Shown here: positions 38,567 to 51,655 of the stretch, one piece after another
Layout of the letters: every line of letters starts with the position of its first letter
Numbering within the stretch: position 1 is the stretch's first letter
NCBI GenBank assembly: GCA_951406725.2
Contig: OX597821.1
Span: 91,326,001 to 91,390,000 of the forward strand
DNA length: 64,000 nt
Reading direction: 5' to 3'
Source of the DNA: Octopus vulgaris
Taxonomy: Eukaryota
The notes under the pieces: generated by a model
Seen by the model: only the letters and a program-made list of their open reading frames with translations
Databases searched by the model: none
What the model was told of the DNA's origin: nothing
Position numbers and translations under genes: made by a program

Positions 38567-39411
38567 ATGAATGTAAACTAGCAAAAGAAAAGTCATCCTA
38601 CTATGTTTACCACTGCACAGCATACCAAACATTTTATAATACAATATATGAGAGCACTTCACGGATTATATATTAAGATATATAAAATCCACTATACAGA
38701 CCTTCAAACTTTTTATATTAGCATACTGAAAGCTCTAACTTCATACACTTTCAAACACTTTAGATCACAATATATATTAAGGCCACTCCATAGCACAAAA
38801 CTTTTTTATTTCAAAATATATTAAAATCTAACAACCTAAAGCAACAGCTATTATTTGTAATAATTTTCATTCTTTAAATTTCAATAAATTTTACTGTTTT
38901 ACTAAAACCTATTTTTATAAAATTTGCCTGCCTATTGATAGAGATATCGCGAATAGTTTCCAGTGAAATGTTTTTCTTCATGAAACCTCTTTCAATTGAA
39001 GTTAATTAAAATTTAATCAAAATGCGAGATTAATTCTATATTTGTGAATCAAGTTAAATGTTCATCAATAGATGCATTGTTATATGTTTATAACTTACAG
39101 CAAGGTCAGGTCATCTGGTTATTGACATAAATCACTAGCTCTCTGCAACATGTCTTTATTTTACACTTCATATTGTGAATTTAAAATTCTGACTTGCTAT
39201 TTATCTAGCATAGTATTTCTTGTAGAAGTTAGGTAGCCCACCTTATATTATGAAAGATCTCTAAAGATTGAAAAGTGAGCAGACAAATCACCATGTTCAA
39301 TAAAATTCAGACGGTTCTGAACATTTCAAACTCCTTGTGTGGCAAGTTAAGATAAGAAGAAATGTATGGATGCATTCTTTTGCTTTATATTTTCATTAAT
39401 GAAGTGGGACA

Positions 39412-39645
39412 AAGGCGGCAAGCTGGCAGAAACGTTAGCACACCGGGTGAAATGCTTAGCAGTATTTCGTCTGTCACTACGTTCTGAGTTCAAATTCCGC
39501 TGAGGTCGACTTTGCCTTTCATCCTTTTGGGTCGATTAAATAAGTACCACTTCTGCACTGAGGTCGATACATTCGACTTACTCCATTTGTCTGTCTTTGT
39601 TTGTCCCCTCTATGTGTAGCCTTTTGTGGGTAGTAAAGAAATAAG
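39412..39645 (+). mobile_element. SINE family B
   Basis: Homology to the family. Confidence 0.88.
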
Positions 39646-39649
39646 AATT

Positions 39650-40040
39650 GTTAGCAGCTTGCTAACCAACCACATGGTTTCGGGTTCAGTCCCATTGCGT
39701 GGCATCTTGGGCAAATGTCTTCTGCTATAGCCCCGGGCCGACCAATGCCTTGTGAGTGGATTTGGTAGACGGAAACTGAAAGAAGCCTGTCGTATATATG
39801 TATATATATGTGTGTGTGTGTATGTTTGTGTGTCTGTGTTTGTCCCCCTAGCATTGCTTGACAACCGATGCTGGTGTGTTTACGTCCCCGTCACTTAGCG
39901 GTTTGGCAAAAGACACCGATAGAATAAGTACTAGGCTTACAAAGAATAAGTCCCGGGGTCGATTTGCTCGACTAAAGGCGGTGCTCCAGCATGGCTGCAG
40001 TCAAAATGACTGAAACAAGTAAAAGAATAAAAGAATAAAA
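39650..40040 (+). mobile_element. SINE family A (slightly 5'-truncated)
   Basis: Homology to the family. Confidence 0.9.
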
Positions 40041-40296
40041 GAATCCTAGACAAAGTGCTTAGTAGTATTTCTTCTAGATTTATATTCTGAGTCCAAATTC
40101 CTCCAAGGTCAGTTTTGTTTTTCATCCTTTTGAAAGGGTTGATGAAATAAGTATCAGCTGAGTACTGGGGTAGATATAATTTACTCACCTTTGCCCCCAA
40201 ATTTCAGGCCTTTTACCTGTAGTAGAAAGAACTAATGGAGGAGGGTATGTCCCAAAAAGATTCACCAATATTTGAGTAAACAAGGACATGCTGATA

Positions 40297-40437
40297 TTTT
40301 ACAGTTTACATTAAACGGATATTTGTCCTCATCTTGTTTGTTGTTAAGACATTTCAGCTGATATACCCTCCAGCCTTCTTCAGGTGTCTTGGGGAAATTT
40401 CAAACATAGGTTCACGTTCCTAAGGTATTTTTCGATG

Positions 40438-40486
<49 letters not shown>

Positions 40487-40900
40487 TTTTTTTTTCTTCT
40501 TTCAAATTTGCTTCCATTTCTTGCCGAGTGTCTTCCCGACTCCTAGGGTAAAGAAACTCATGGTATACATTGTTAGGCCATTAAACTAAACTCAATAGTT
40601 CATTCATTTTTTTTTTTTTAAGTTAAATTAAAATACATGGGTAGTAATAATTCTCACATCGTCAATGCTCTTCTCAATATGTGTGATGTACCAGTTAAGA
40701 CAATCTTTTGCCCTTCTTGCAGGATGGTAAGCCAGGGATCATTCTCATATAATTTTCGGTTCCCTTCTTGATCATTCCTAGTGCTCCTACAATCACTGGT
40801 ATTGTAACCGCCTTGAGATGCCACATTTTCTCAATTTCAATGAGTAGGTCTTTATATTTTCTGAGCTTGTCAAACTCTTTCGCTGAGATATTACGATCAC

Positions 40901-40955
<55 letters not shown>

Positions 40956-41045
40956 CATCAGTATTATTGTTCAGGTCACTGCTTGGAATTGAACTTGGAA
41001 TCTTGGGGTTAGTAACCCACACTCTTAACCACTATGCCATATGCC
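40297..41045 (-). mobile_element. Composite: tRNA-derived head (40972-41045) + (TAA)n + Penelope-type tail with hammerhead motif (40297-40436)
   Basis: Minus: A-box TGGCATAGTGG, B-box AGTTCAATTCC; tail contains acac-CUGAAGA-a-GGCUG...CAGCU-GAAA. Confidence 0.7.
40487..40900 (-). mobile_element. 5'-truncated R4/Dong-clade non-LTR retrotransposon (end of restriction-like endonuclease + 3' UTR + poly-A) inside (TAA)n
   Basis: DRNISAKEFDKLRKYKDLLIEIEKMWHLKAVTIPVIVGALGMIKK...GLPS / frameshift / QEGQKIVLTGTSHILRRALTM*; (TTA)n on both sides. Confidence 0.85.
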
Positions 41046-41211
41046 CTTAGGAATGAGAACCCGGGTTGAAAATTTCCTCAAGACACCTGAAGAAGGCTGG
41101 AGGGTGTATCAGCCGAAACGTGTTAACAACAAACAAGATGAGGACAAATATCCGTCAAATGTAAACAATGTAAATAATGTACATAATTCCTCATCTCTTA
41201 AATATAGAACT
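41045..41211 (+). mobile_element. Inverted copy of the Penelope-type tail (family 3) with hammerhead motif at 41083-41124
   Basis: Reverse complement of 40297-40425; acac-CTGAAGA-a-GGCTG-gagggtgtat-CAGCC-GAAAC. Confidence 0.75.
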
Positions 41212-41372
41212 GTATCAACCCTGGTGTTCAACTGGTACTTATTTTATTGACCCTGAAATGATGAAAGGTAAAGTCAATTCTGGCAGCATTTGAACTCTGA
41301 ATGTACAGATGGACGAAATGTTACTAAGCATTTTACCTGGTGTGCTAACGATTCTGCCAGCTCATCACCTTC
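41212..41372 (-). mobile_element. Diverged SINE family B
   Basis: actggtacttattttattgaccc...aaagtcaattctggcagcatttgaactc. Confidence 0.75.
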
Positions 41373-41537
41373 AGTCCAGTCTTTAAACTAAGAACTCATA
41401 CATTCAAACAAGAATACCACTTATGATTAATACATACTGAGTTATCTTCCTTTATGTAAAAAGATCTACTTTGTATTTCATATATTACAAGATTGGGCAA
41501 AAAGGAACAGTTAAAGCACTGCCGTTGATATATAATT

Positions 41538-41925
41538 GGATGGAAGCACTCCGTCGGTTATGACGACGAGGGTTCCGGTTGATCCGAATCAACAGAACAG
41601 CCTGCTCGTGAAATTAACGTGTAAGTGGCTGAGCACTCCACAGACACGTGTACCCTTAACGTAGTTCTCGGGGATATTCAGCGTGACACAGAGAGTGACA
41701 AGGCCGGCCCTTTGAAATACAGGTACAACAGAAACAGGAAGTAAGAGTGAGAGAAAGTTGTGGTGAAAGAGTACAGCAGGGATCACCACCATCCCCTGCC
41801 GGAGCTGCGTGGAGATTTAGGTGTTTTCGCTCAATAAACACTCACAACGCCCGGTCTGGGAATCGAAACCGTGATCCTATGATCGCGAGTCCGCTGCCCT
41901 AACCACTGGGCCATTGCGCCTCCAC
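41538..41925 (-). mobile_element. SINE family C (tail type 1)
   Basis: 12-bp TSD tgatatataatt (41526-41537 / 41926-41937). Confidence 0.92.
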
Positions 41926-42359
41926 TGATATATAATTAACTAACCTATAAAGATAGTGCCCCAGCATGGTCACAATATATAATGACTGAAACCAGTAAAA
42001 GAAGAATAAAACGAGAGAGGAATGTCTGGTATTTGCCCAGTATATATTTACACTCACACTCACTCGACACAGGGCTTCTGGCTGTTATTAACATTTTATA
42101 GGAAAGCAGAAAAAAGGCTTGTCAATTTAATCCCTGTTTGAACTCATTGGAGATATTGGCAGCTCTAATGAGCACAGCCAGCTGATCAGGTTCTCAGTTG
42201 CACTATATGAACTGCCTTCTTAGTTTCAGCAATGCTTCACAGTCTATAATGAGAATGTTATCCCACAGTGGCATATCATGTCCATTATTTTCACACCATA
42301 TTGCTAATGGTAATATTGATTTCTTCATTCACTCTAGATGACAATAATTTATTTTGTTT

Positions 42360-42561
42360 CTCTTTTACTTGTTTCAGTCATTTGACTGTGGCCATGCTGG
42401 AGCACCGCCTTTTAGTCGAGCAAATCGACCCCGGGACTTATTCTTTGTAAGCCCAGTACTTATTCTATCAGTCTCTTTTGCCGAACCGCTAAGTTACGGG
42501 GACTTAAACACACCAGCATCGGTTGTCAAGCGATGTTGTGGGGACAAACACAGACACACAA

Positions 42562-42598
<37 letters not shown>

Positions 42599-42662
42599 CA
42601 TATATACGACGGGCTTCTTTCAGTTTCCGTCTACCAAATCCACTCACAAGGCTTCGGTCGGC
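42360..42662 (-). mobile_element. SINE family A, 5'-truncated
   Basis: Homology to the family. Confidence 0.9.
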
Positions 42663-43729
42663 TTTTGTTTCTCTTTATTAATTTGTCGGTGGGAAGAGCA
42701 AGAAATGGGAGGCTGTGACATACATTCCTTCTGGAGGAAAAGAACTAATAATGACAGAGAACTTGCAAACTTCCTTCAACATTTTTGGATAAATCAAAGC
42801 TGAGTGCAATATTCCATGGAATCGGTAAGCAGTATTGATTCAATACTGTATGCTCTAACCTCTTCATACCTAAATGTCATAAACGACAATTTAAAGGTAG
42901 ATGCTCGTATAATATATATGACATCAGTGTCTCAAGGTTTATTAACAGGAAACAAATTTTGGGTGAGGAAAAATGATTTGGGAAGAGGTAAAAGGTTGTT
43001 AGCAAGGTCGTCAAGGTTACCCTTGCAGCAAATAGAATTTATCATAGTGCTTATAACAAGAACAACAACAACAATGAGGATGATAAATATGATGGTTTTT
43101 GATAATAAAAATTTATCTATTAGTTTATGATAGATTTCTTTTTTTATTTTGTTGCTTCTTCAACTTCTTATTAAAGTACACAAAATAGAATATAACAAAG
43201 AAATGGGTATAAATAGATAAAGTATTATTAATACTAATATTATTTTTTACTAATATTAATATTGTTAATATTAGTATTATCATTATTATTAATATCATTA
43301 TTATTAATATCATTATTATTATTAATATTATTATCATTAATATCATCATCATCATCATCCATCAACATCATTATCATCATCATTATTTTATGCTATCATT
43401 CAAATGTAGTGATATGAGACAAAGGGATACTCGACAAACAGTGTTTAGCTTTCTTCCACAACATACTGAGTTCAAATCCTCCTGTAGGAAGATACTATTT
43501 TCCAATACTCTTCGGCTTATAAAATGAATACTCTTTATGTACAATGTATTCTATAGTAGAACTATAAGGAGTCTTATTCAAAGGCAACAATATTATGACT
43601 CATACTACTACAGCTGCTACTGCTGTTACTGCTTCTGCTGGTGCTGCTGCTATGTAAAGGAAGGGTGATGGATTGGCAGAGTCGTTAGTATGTCGAACAT
43701 AATATCAAGCAATATTTTGGTACTGCTTT

Positions 43730-43950
43730 AGGGCAGCAAGCTGACAGAATCATTCACATGTTGGACAAAATGCTTAGCAGCATTACATCTGTCTTTATAT
43801 TGTGAGTTCAAATTCTACCAGGGTCCACTTTGCCTTTCATCGTTTTGGGGTCAGTAAAATAAAATTTCAGTTAGGTACTGGAGTCAATGTAATCAACATA
43901 TCCCTCTCCTAAAGTTGTTGACTTTGAAAAAAAAATTTGAAATCATTATT
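43730..43950 (+). mobile_element. Diverged SINE family B
   Basis: gagttcaaattc...ctttgcctttcatcgttttggggtc. Confidence 0.75.
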
Positions 43951-44519
43951 TCATAGGTAGTGGGAGTGGTGGCTCCAAAAGGGGTCTCAGGGAGTAGCAT
44001 CTCTACCTTCCTGAGCTAGTTTTCCATCTCATTTCTTAAAACTCATGGTAGAGGCCTTGATCTTGGGACCACTCATGTCTAGAAACTGAAATTGGGAGTA
44101 AGCAAGAATATGCTCCCCACAGAAAATTCACTTCCCAAAAAGCCTCATGATAGCAAGGAAGAATGGGCATCAACCAGCCCAAAGGTTGGAGTTGGCTGCA
44201 CCTGCCTGCCTCAGTTGCTATGGCATTGAGGTAGATCCAGCCATCTACCATTAACGGGGACAAAACCTGGATTTAAAACACTGGATGATGATGATGATGA
44301 TGATATAGCACTTAACATCCTTGCTTCAAATCTTGCTATGGTCAACTTTGCCTTAATCCTTCAGGATCAATAAAATAAAAGGTCAACAAATGCATCGTCA
44401 ACTGCAGGTGTTCCATGGTAAACATTAGCAAGGGTGCAAACAAGTTGAAATGTAAAGCAAAGGTTTGTAAGGTCTTGATTTTTAATGTAACCATTTTTGT
44501 TTCTGTTTTTAGTCTCTCT

Positions 44520-44939
44520 CTCTTTACTCTTTTACTTGTTTCAGTCATTTAACTGTGGCCATGCTGAAACACCGCAATTAGTCAAGCAAATCAACCCCAG
44601 GACTTATTCTTTGTAAGCCTAGTACTTATTCTATCGGTCTCTTTTACCAAGCTGCTAAGTTATGGGGATGTAAACACACCAGTATCGGTTGTCAAGTGAT
44701 GTTGAGGGGACAAGCACATACACACAAACACATACACACACACACATACATATAAATACATGAATATACATATATACGATGGGCTTCTTTCAGTTTCTGT
44801 CTACCAAATCCACTCACAAGGCTGTAGTCAGCCCGAGGCTATAGTAGAAGGCACTTGGCCAACTTGCCATGCAGTGGGACTGAACCCAGAACCATGTGGG
44901 TGGTAAGCAAGCTACTTGCCACACAGCCACTCCTACACC
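44520..44939 (-). mobile_element. SINE family A
   Basis: Homology to the family. Confidence 0.9.
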
Positions 44940-45442
44940 TTTGCGTAATTTTTGTCGGCACAGACATTTCCTAACTTTCAAAGTACAGGCCCTTCATTAT
45001 CCTAGAATCATCAAAACATTTATAAAAGTAATAAACTGCAATAAATTAGGTTGTCTATAACATCACTCACTCAATTAATCACTCACTCAATTAATCACTC
45101 ACTCAATCACTCATTCTCTCTCTGTCTCTGTCTGTCTCTGTCAGTCTCTCTCTCTCTTTCATTCCCCTTGTCTCTCATACTGTAGAGAACTTTCCAATTT
45201 ATTGGTAAAAGCCTGAGTCAAGCATGGTTGTATAGTTAATGAGCTTGTTTTGCAATCACATGGACTCAGGTTGAGTCCCACCATGCAGCATCATGACTAA
45301 GCATCTCCTACTGTAGCAACATACTAACCAGTGCCTCTTCAGTGAGTTTGGTAGATGTGAAAGTCCGTTGTGTGTTTGTGCATGTATATCTATCTGTCTG
45401 TATGTCTATCGATTTATACACACACACACACACACACATATA

Positions 45443-45813
45443 CTCTTTTACTTGTTTCAGTCATTTGACTGTGGCCATGCTGGAGCACTGCCTTTAGTCG
45501 AGCAAATCGACCCCAGGACTTATTCTTTGTAACTTATTCTATCGGTGTCTTTTGCCGAATCACTAAGTTACGGGGACTTAAACATACCAGCATCGGTTGT
45601 CAAGCGATGTTGGTGGGGACAAACACAGACACACAAACATACACTCACACATACACATATATATACATATGACAGGCTTCTTTCAGTTTCCATCTACCAA
45701 ATTGGCCCAAGGCTATAGTAGGAAACACTTGCCCAAAGAGCAATGCAGTGGAACTGAACCCGGAACCATGTGGTTCGTAAGCAAGCTACTTACCACACAG
45801 CCACTCCTGCGCC
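45443..45813 (-). mobile_element. SINE family A with internal deletions
   Basis: Homology to the family. Confidence 0.9.
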
Positions 45814-46160
45814 TATATATATATATATATATACATACATATATATATATGTATGTATTCTTAAACAAGAAAATTACAGACAGTGACTTTGAATTTTCGG
45901 CCAGTTAAGCCATCATTGGACTGTATATGTATATAAAAACATAAACGCATACATACATACATACATACATACATACATACATACATACATACATACATAC
46001 ATACATACATACATACATACATGCATACATACATACATACATACATATATACATGTATATACACATGACTGAAGTTAAATACACCTTTATAATCCTTAAA
46101 ATTTATTTAAATCTGAAATTATACGTTCAAATTATTTATTAATTATTATACCATGAATAC

Positions 46161-46530
46161 TTAATACTTAGTAGACATGCCCTTTGCATTTGTCAATGCA
46201 AGGACTCTATTAGGAATGTTACTGATCAAAAAAAAATATTCTCTTGTGGAATTTCTTGCCAAGTTTCATGCAATAGTTGCAAAAAGATCTGGCTTTGAAG
46301 ATGCTTTCTTGTTCTTTTTATGAAGTATTTTGTCAATTATGTCCCAGATGTGTCCAATTGGGTTCATATCTAGTGACTGGCTTGGCCACGGAAGCTTTCT
46401 AAATATCATTCTCATCCAAAAAATCTTGGGTCATTTTAGCCATGTGACAAGGAGTCCCATCTTCCATAAATAGTCTTCCTTAATCATTTCACCACTGGAG
46501 AAGAGTGGAAGGAGTCCTTTCTGCAATATG
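46161..46530 (-). pseudogene. Tc1-family transposase C-terminal remnant
   Basis: FMEDGTPCHMAKMTQDFLDEND / LPWPSQSLDMNPIGHIWDII ... TWQEIPQE ... NAKGMSTKY*, matching QDNAPCH / WPxQSPDLNPIEnlW. Confidence 0.85.
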
Positions 46531-47064
46531 GACACATCTGAGTTTCTGCAATGTGGACACTCCACCAGCCCTGATCAACTATTGCTCCTGTGTTTGAACT
46601 CTAGCACTACAATATTGGTTCGCTTACAACCTGTAACTTTGTGGTTTGGCAAAAGAGACCAATAAACTTAGTACCAGACAATAAAATATAAATAGTGGGG
46701 GTACAATTATTCATCTCAACCCTTCATTGTAGTGCCCCAGCATGGCCACAGTCCAGTGACTGATACAAGTAAACGATAAAAGATTTCTTGATGCTTGACT
46801 GTCATTTAATTGTGCCCTGGGGCAAGGCCTCACTAAATCCTGCACAAGTAAGACATACAAAATTATGTGAGAAAGATCATGGGGCAGAACGACACCACAT
46901 TACCAAAGGAAAAACTGGTGTGTTCTGGTATTTATTTATATGATATGAACAAGGTCGATAAATTAAGTACCAGTTGCATACTGAGGTTTGATCTGACTGG
47001 TCCTCTCCCCAAAAATGTCAGGCCATGTGCCTAGAGTAGAAAAGGATATGAACTGAATACTCTT

Positions 47065-47293
47065 ATTTCTTTATTGCCCACAAGGGGCTAAACATAGAGG
47101 GGACAAACAAGGACAGACAAAGGGATTAAGTTGATTGCATCACCCCCAGTGCGTAACTGGTACTTATTTTCTCAACCCCGAAAGGATGAAAAGCAAAGTC
47201 GACCTTGGCAGAATTTGAACTCAGAACATAAAGACAGATGAAATACTGGTAAGCATTTCGCCCGGCGTGCTAGTGTTTCTGCCAGCTTGCCGA
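47065..47293 (-). mobile_element. SINE family B (tail-to-tail with a + strand B fragment at 46950-47045)
   Basis: Homology to the family. Confidence 0.88.
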
Positions 47294-47818
47294 ATTGAAC
47301 TGAATACTCTTGCACTTTAATAAACCCTATTTGTTGTTTACAAATATGTGTATATTTATGTATATATTTATATATCAATGTGTGTGTGTGTGTCTGTGTG
47401 TGCATGCGTGTGTGAGTATGTGTGTGTATTTGTATGTATGTATGTATGTATGTATGTATGTACGTATATATGAATGTATTTATGTATGCGCATCTATATA
47501 TATATGAATGTATCTATGTATGCACATCTATATATATGAATGCATGTATGTAGAAACGTGTGTAAGGAAAAAAGAAAGCAGACAGGGTGAGGTGGGTGGG
47601 AATGTGTCTGGAACTGAATTGAAGAATATATTGGCATAAATGTATCATTTCAAATGAAAAGACCATAGAATGGACTTTGAAAGCAAAGTTGTTCAATTGT
47701 ATATCAACTTCTTTTCATTTTTAATCTGTTTGATTTTTTATTTTTGGATTGTTAACTCAAAAGATCTGGCACATTTTCCTTCTCTTTATATATCTCGTTA
47801 TTACTATCATTATTATTG

Positions 47819-47873
<55 letters not shown>

Positions 47874-47877
47874 CATC

Positions 47878-47925
<48 letters not shown>

Positions 47926-48490
47926 TAGGGGGTGGGGATAATTTGTATACTACATTTTAATCTTTTATGTAGTCATTTGTCTTCAATTTTGTTTTTTTTT
48001 ATATTACGTGTGTTTTATAACTGTCTGTCTATGTGTATATATATATATATGTGAACATGTGTATATATGAATGTGATTATGTGAAGGTGTGTGTTACTTC
48101 TTAGCCAAAACGTATTCAAATTCTTTTGAATTGAGTTACACTTTTAGTTTTTTTTTTCTCATTCCCTCAACCCCACCACCACCACCACTCCTGTCTTCTG
48201 ATGTTTTGGCCGATGGTTTTTCAGATCATTAAATCTCAATCCTCTTAGAATGTTTTCCAGTTTTGGCAAATCCAAAAATAAAAATTACTTGGCACCAAGA
48301 TTTTGATAAGCCACTTGAATATTTCGCCAAAGCCAAAATACAAGAACCATAAAAACAGGGGAAAAAAAAGAAAAAAAAAGAAAGAGAGAAAAACTTAAAA
48401 GAAAAAGAAAGAAAGCAAAAATACAAAGAAAATTCATCCAGCTATGTAGTTGATAACTGAAGAAAATCACCAGGCAATATAAATTCACAA

Positions 48491-48523
<33 letters not shown>

Positions 48524-48579
48524 GTCACAGACAAATATGTACATACATACATGTATACATACATACATACATACATACA

Positions 48580-48645
<66 letters not shown>

Positions 48646-49293
48646 TTAAGATATATATATCTTATATAAGCATAAAGATATGTATGAGTATAGAGGCACA
48701 GACTTGCAGACATATGTAAAATTCATGAACAAGAAGCCTCTTTTGTGTACGTAATTGCATACAGGTGCCTGTGCACATGCAAGGGTGAGGTACATGTATG
48801 TGAAAGTATGCACATGTGTATGTGCTTATGTGTGTGACAGAGACAGAGAGAGAAACAGAACAGAGAGGGTGCTAGACAGACGGGGAGGGAGAGAAAGAGA
48901 GAAAGAAGGAGAAGGAGAAAGAGAGATCATCTCATCTGAGTGAAAACAGTAAAAGTTTTCAAATAATTTGAATCCAGAGTAGACTGATTTCTCTTCACAG
49001 AATTATTTCAGAAAATAATACCTGTCTGTCTATCTATGTATCTGTCTGTCTATACATCTGTCTTTTTGCCTTTCTGTCTGTCTATATATTCCCACATACA
49101 TTCACACACACATGTACATACATATGTACATATGTATCAATAATATATCTATAACTATATGTATGTGTGTATGTATCTATTTATCTACATATCTATCTAC
49201 CTATCTATCTATCTATTTACCTATCTGTATATCTGTATATATGTATATATATATCATCATCATCATCGTTTAACGATGGTGCATTTTATGTGC

Positions 49294-49324
<31 letters not shown>

Positions 49325-49341
49325 GTGTGTGTGTGTGTATA

Positions 49342-49736
49342 CTCTCTCTTTTACTCTTTTACTTGTTTCAGTCATTTGACTGCGGCCATTCTGGAGCACT
49401 GCCTTTAGTCTAGCAAATTGATACCAGACTTTATTCTTTGAAAGCCTAGTACTTTTCTATCGGTCTCTTTTGCCGAACTGCTAAGTTACAGGGATGTAAA
49501 CACACCAGCATCAGTTGTCAAGCGATGTTGGAGGGATAAACACAGACACACAAACACACATACACACATATATATACATATACATATATACAATGGGCTT
49601 CTTTCAGTTTCAGTCTACCAAATCTACTCACAAGGCTTTAGCAGAAGGCACTTGCCCAAGGTGCCACGCAGTGGGACTAAATCCGGAACTATGTGGTTGG
49701 TAAGCAAGCTACTTACCACACAGCCACTCCGGCGCC
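49342..49736 (-). mobile_element. SINE family A (a second, older 5' fragment lies at 49780-49932)
   Basis: Homology to the family. Confidence 0.88.
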
Positions 49737-51224
49737 TTTTTTTAAAAAAAGATTTTGTATATATATATGCAAATACCACAGGCTTCTTTAAGTGTCTGTC
49801 CACCAAATTAATTCATAAGGCTTTGGTCAGCAAGGTATTATAGTACGAGACACTTGTCCAAGGTGTCGCACAGTAAGAGTGAACCTAGGAATGTGGTTGG
49901 CAAGTAAACTCCTTATCACACTGCCACACCTATAAAGCATGAAGTGTACTCCAGTTTCTGATATTCACAAATATTTGCACATCATTTCTTCTGTCATCAT
50001 GTTTATTCCTCATTTAAACTTGTTTGTGATGAATGTATGACAGTAACAATCAACTTTATATGAGCATTATATACACCTATATTTCTAAGCATACGTATAT
50101 GCATCTGTGTGTGTGTATATATAAGTAAATATATATGTATATATGCATAGATTCGTATATATATATATATATATACTTACATGTATGCATCTATATATAC
50201 ACAAATACTTAAACACACACACAGACACACACATAATTTGTAAATAAAGTTGATTGCTATAAATATATGAGTGAAGCAATCAACTTTATATCAAATTTTT
50301 ATTATAGCCCACCATTAAAGCATTGAGTTCTATAATTTTATATAATAGTATATTTGTTCACAAGAGCAAAATAGTAATCATGTGTGTGTGTATATAGATA
50401 TTCATATATATATACATATCCATGCATGTATACCATACAAATGCATTTGCATGTGTGTGAGTACATATATATATATATATATAAATATATATGTATATGC
50501 ATATATAATATGTATATATGCATGTTACATATGTATGTATGTATGTATGTATGTATATATATATATACACACACACACACACGCACATACACACACACAC
50601 GCACACATACACACACACACATATATATATGCATATATATACATATACATGCATACATACATTTCTGTTTCAACAAAGTTTGAAAAAATTGAGTTAATTG
50701 CTAGGCCTTTCCCTAATCAGATATATATCCATCAATGGGAGAGGATTAGCCCTGGCGCAATTGACCTCTGGAAAGTGCTCTGCTAATCAATATTCACGGT
50801 AGCATTATTTAAGATCAGCATTAGAGATCAATAAAAGCAGTCATCAGCTATACAATACATCTGTTGTGTACAGCAGTAAGTAGCATATTATTCTCAGAAT
50901 TCTTATTTATAGCTTGCTATATGATGGAATATGTAGACATGTATGTGGTGGGTATGTAAGTACATTTGCTGGAAGCATATTTGTAGAAAACTCTTGTGTA
51001 TAAAGCACTTTGATCTAAAATCAGTTTTGCTTTCTAAAAGCGCTTTTACCTAATTGCGTTTTTGTCTAACAGCACATCCATCTTAATCTGTCTAAAGGCA
51101 ATTTTGTCAGAAACAGTTCAGAATATCGTGTACAAAATGTTGATTACAAAAGAGCATAAACAACCTATTCAGTTTCAACTGATTCTTTATGTTGATTCTG
51201 CTGTTATTGCTGTTGTTGTTGTTG

Positions 51225-51655
51225 CTTCAGGTCAGCTTTGATTAATCAAGTCTATGATCAAAGACATGCCAGCCAGGACCATCCTGTATTTCTAGATGTA
51301 TCTAGGACAATATTACCTAATGTTTTCCCATCCCATTTTAAAATTTAGACATAAAGGGTGATTTGAGAGATAATTGGTTGCTCTTTCTAGACGTTCAAGT
51401 TGCCAGATAGTTGGTCCATCATGGATTCATTTCCTTGTTGTTGCTGCGGTTTTGCTATTTTTCTGTAAATCTAAGTCAGCTCTGATCAATCACATTCCAT
51501 CTTCTCACTTATTTCATCTTCTCGCTTATTTATATATTTCTATCAGATTGTATCCAGACTACACAATCTAGCATAACCTTTCTTTTTACAATGACATGGT
51601 AGGACTTGGTAGAAATATAACTGCTATTTCTGGTAGTCTGAGCAATCATCTAAAA
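51225..51655 (+). mobile_element. Two copies of an old dispersed repeat (family F; relatives near 10250-10430, 31440-31680, 58050-58160, 62690-62770, 63120-63180)
   Basis: Recurring aggtcagc.ctgat...tatgatcaaag...ccagcc..gaccat and g.ctgctatttct.g.ag segments. Confidence 0.55.

Noticed and set aside
39120-39145. Partial resemblance of the minus strand to miR-7 (ctagtgattt)
   Set aside because: Seed does not match and no precursor hairpin is evident
45062-45115. 16-bp tandem repeat tcactcactcaattaa
   Set aside because: Ordinary slippage-derived microrepeat
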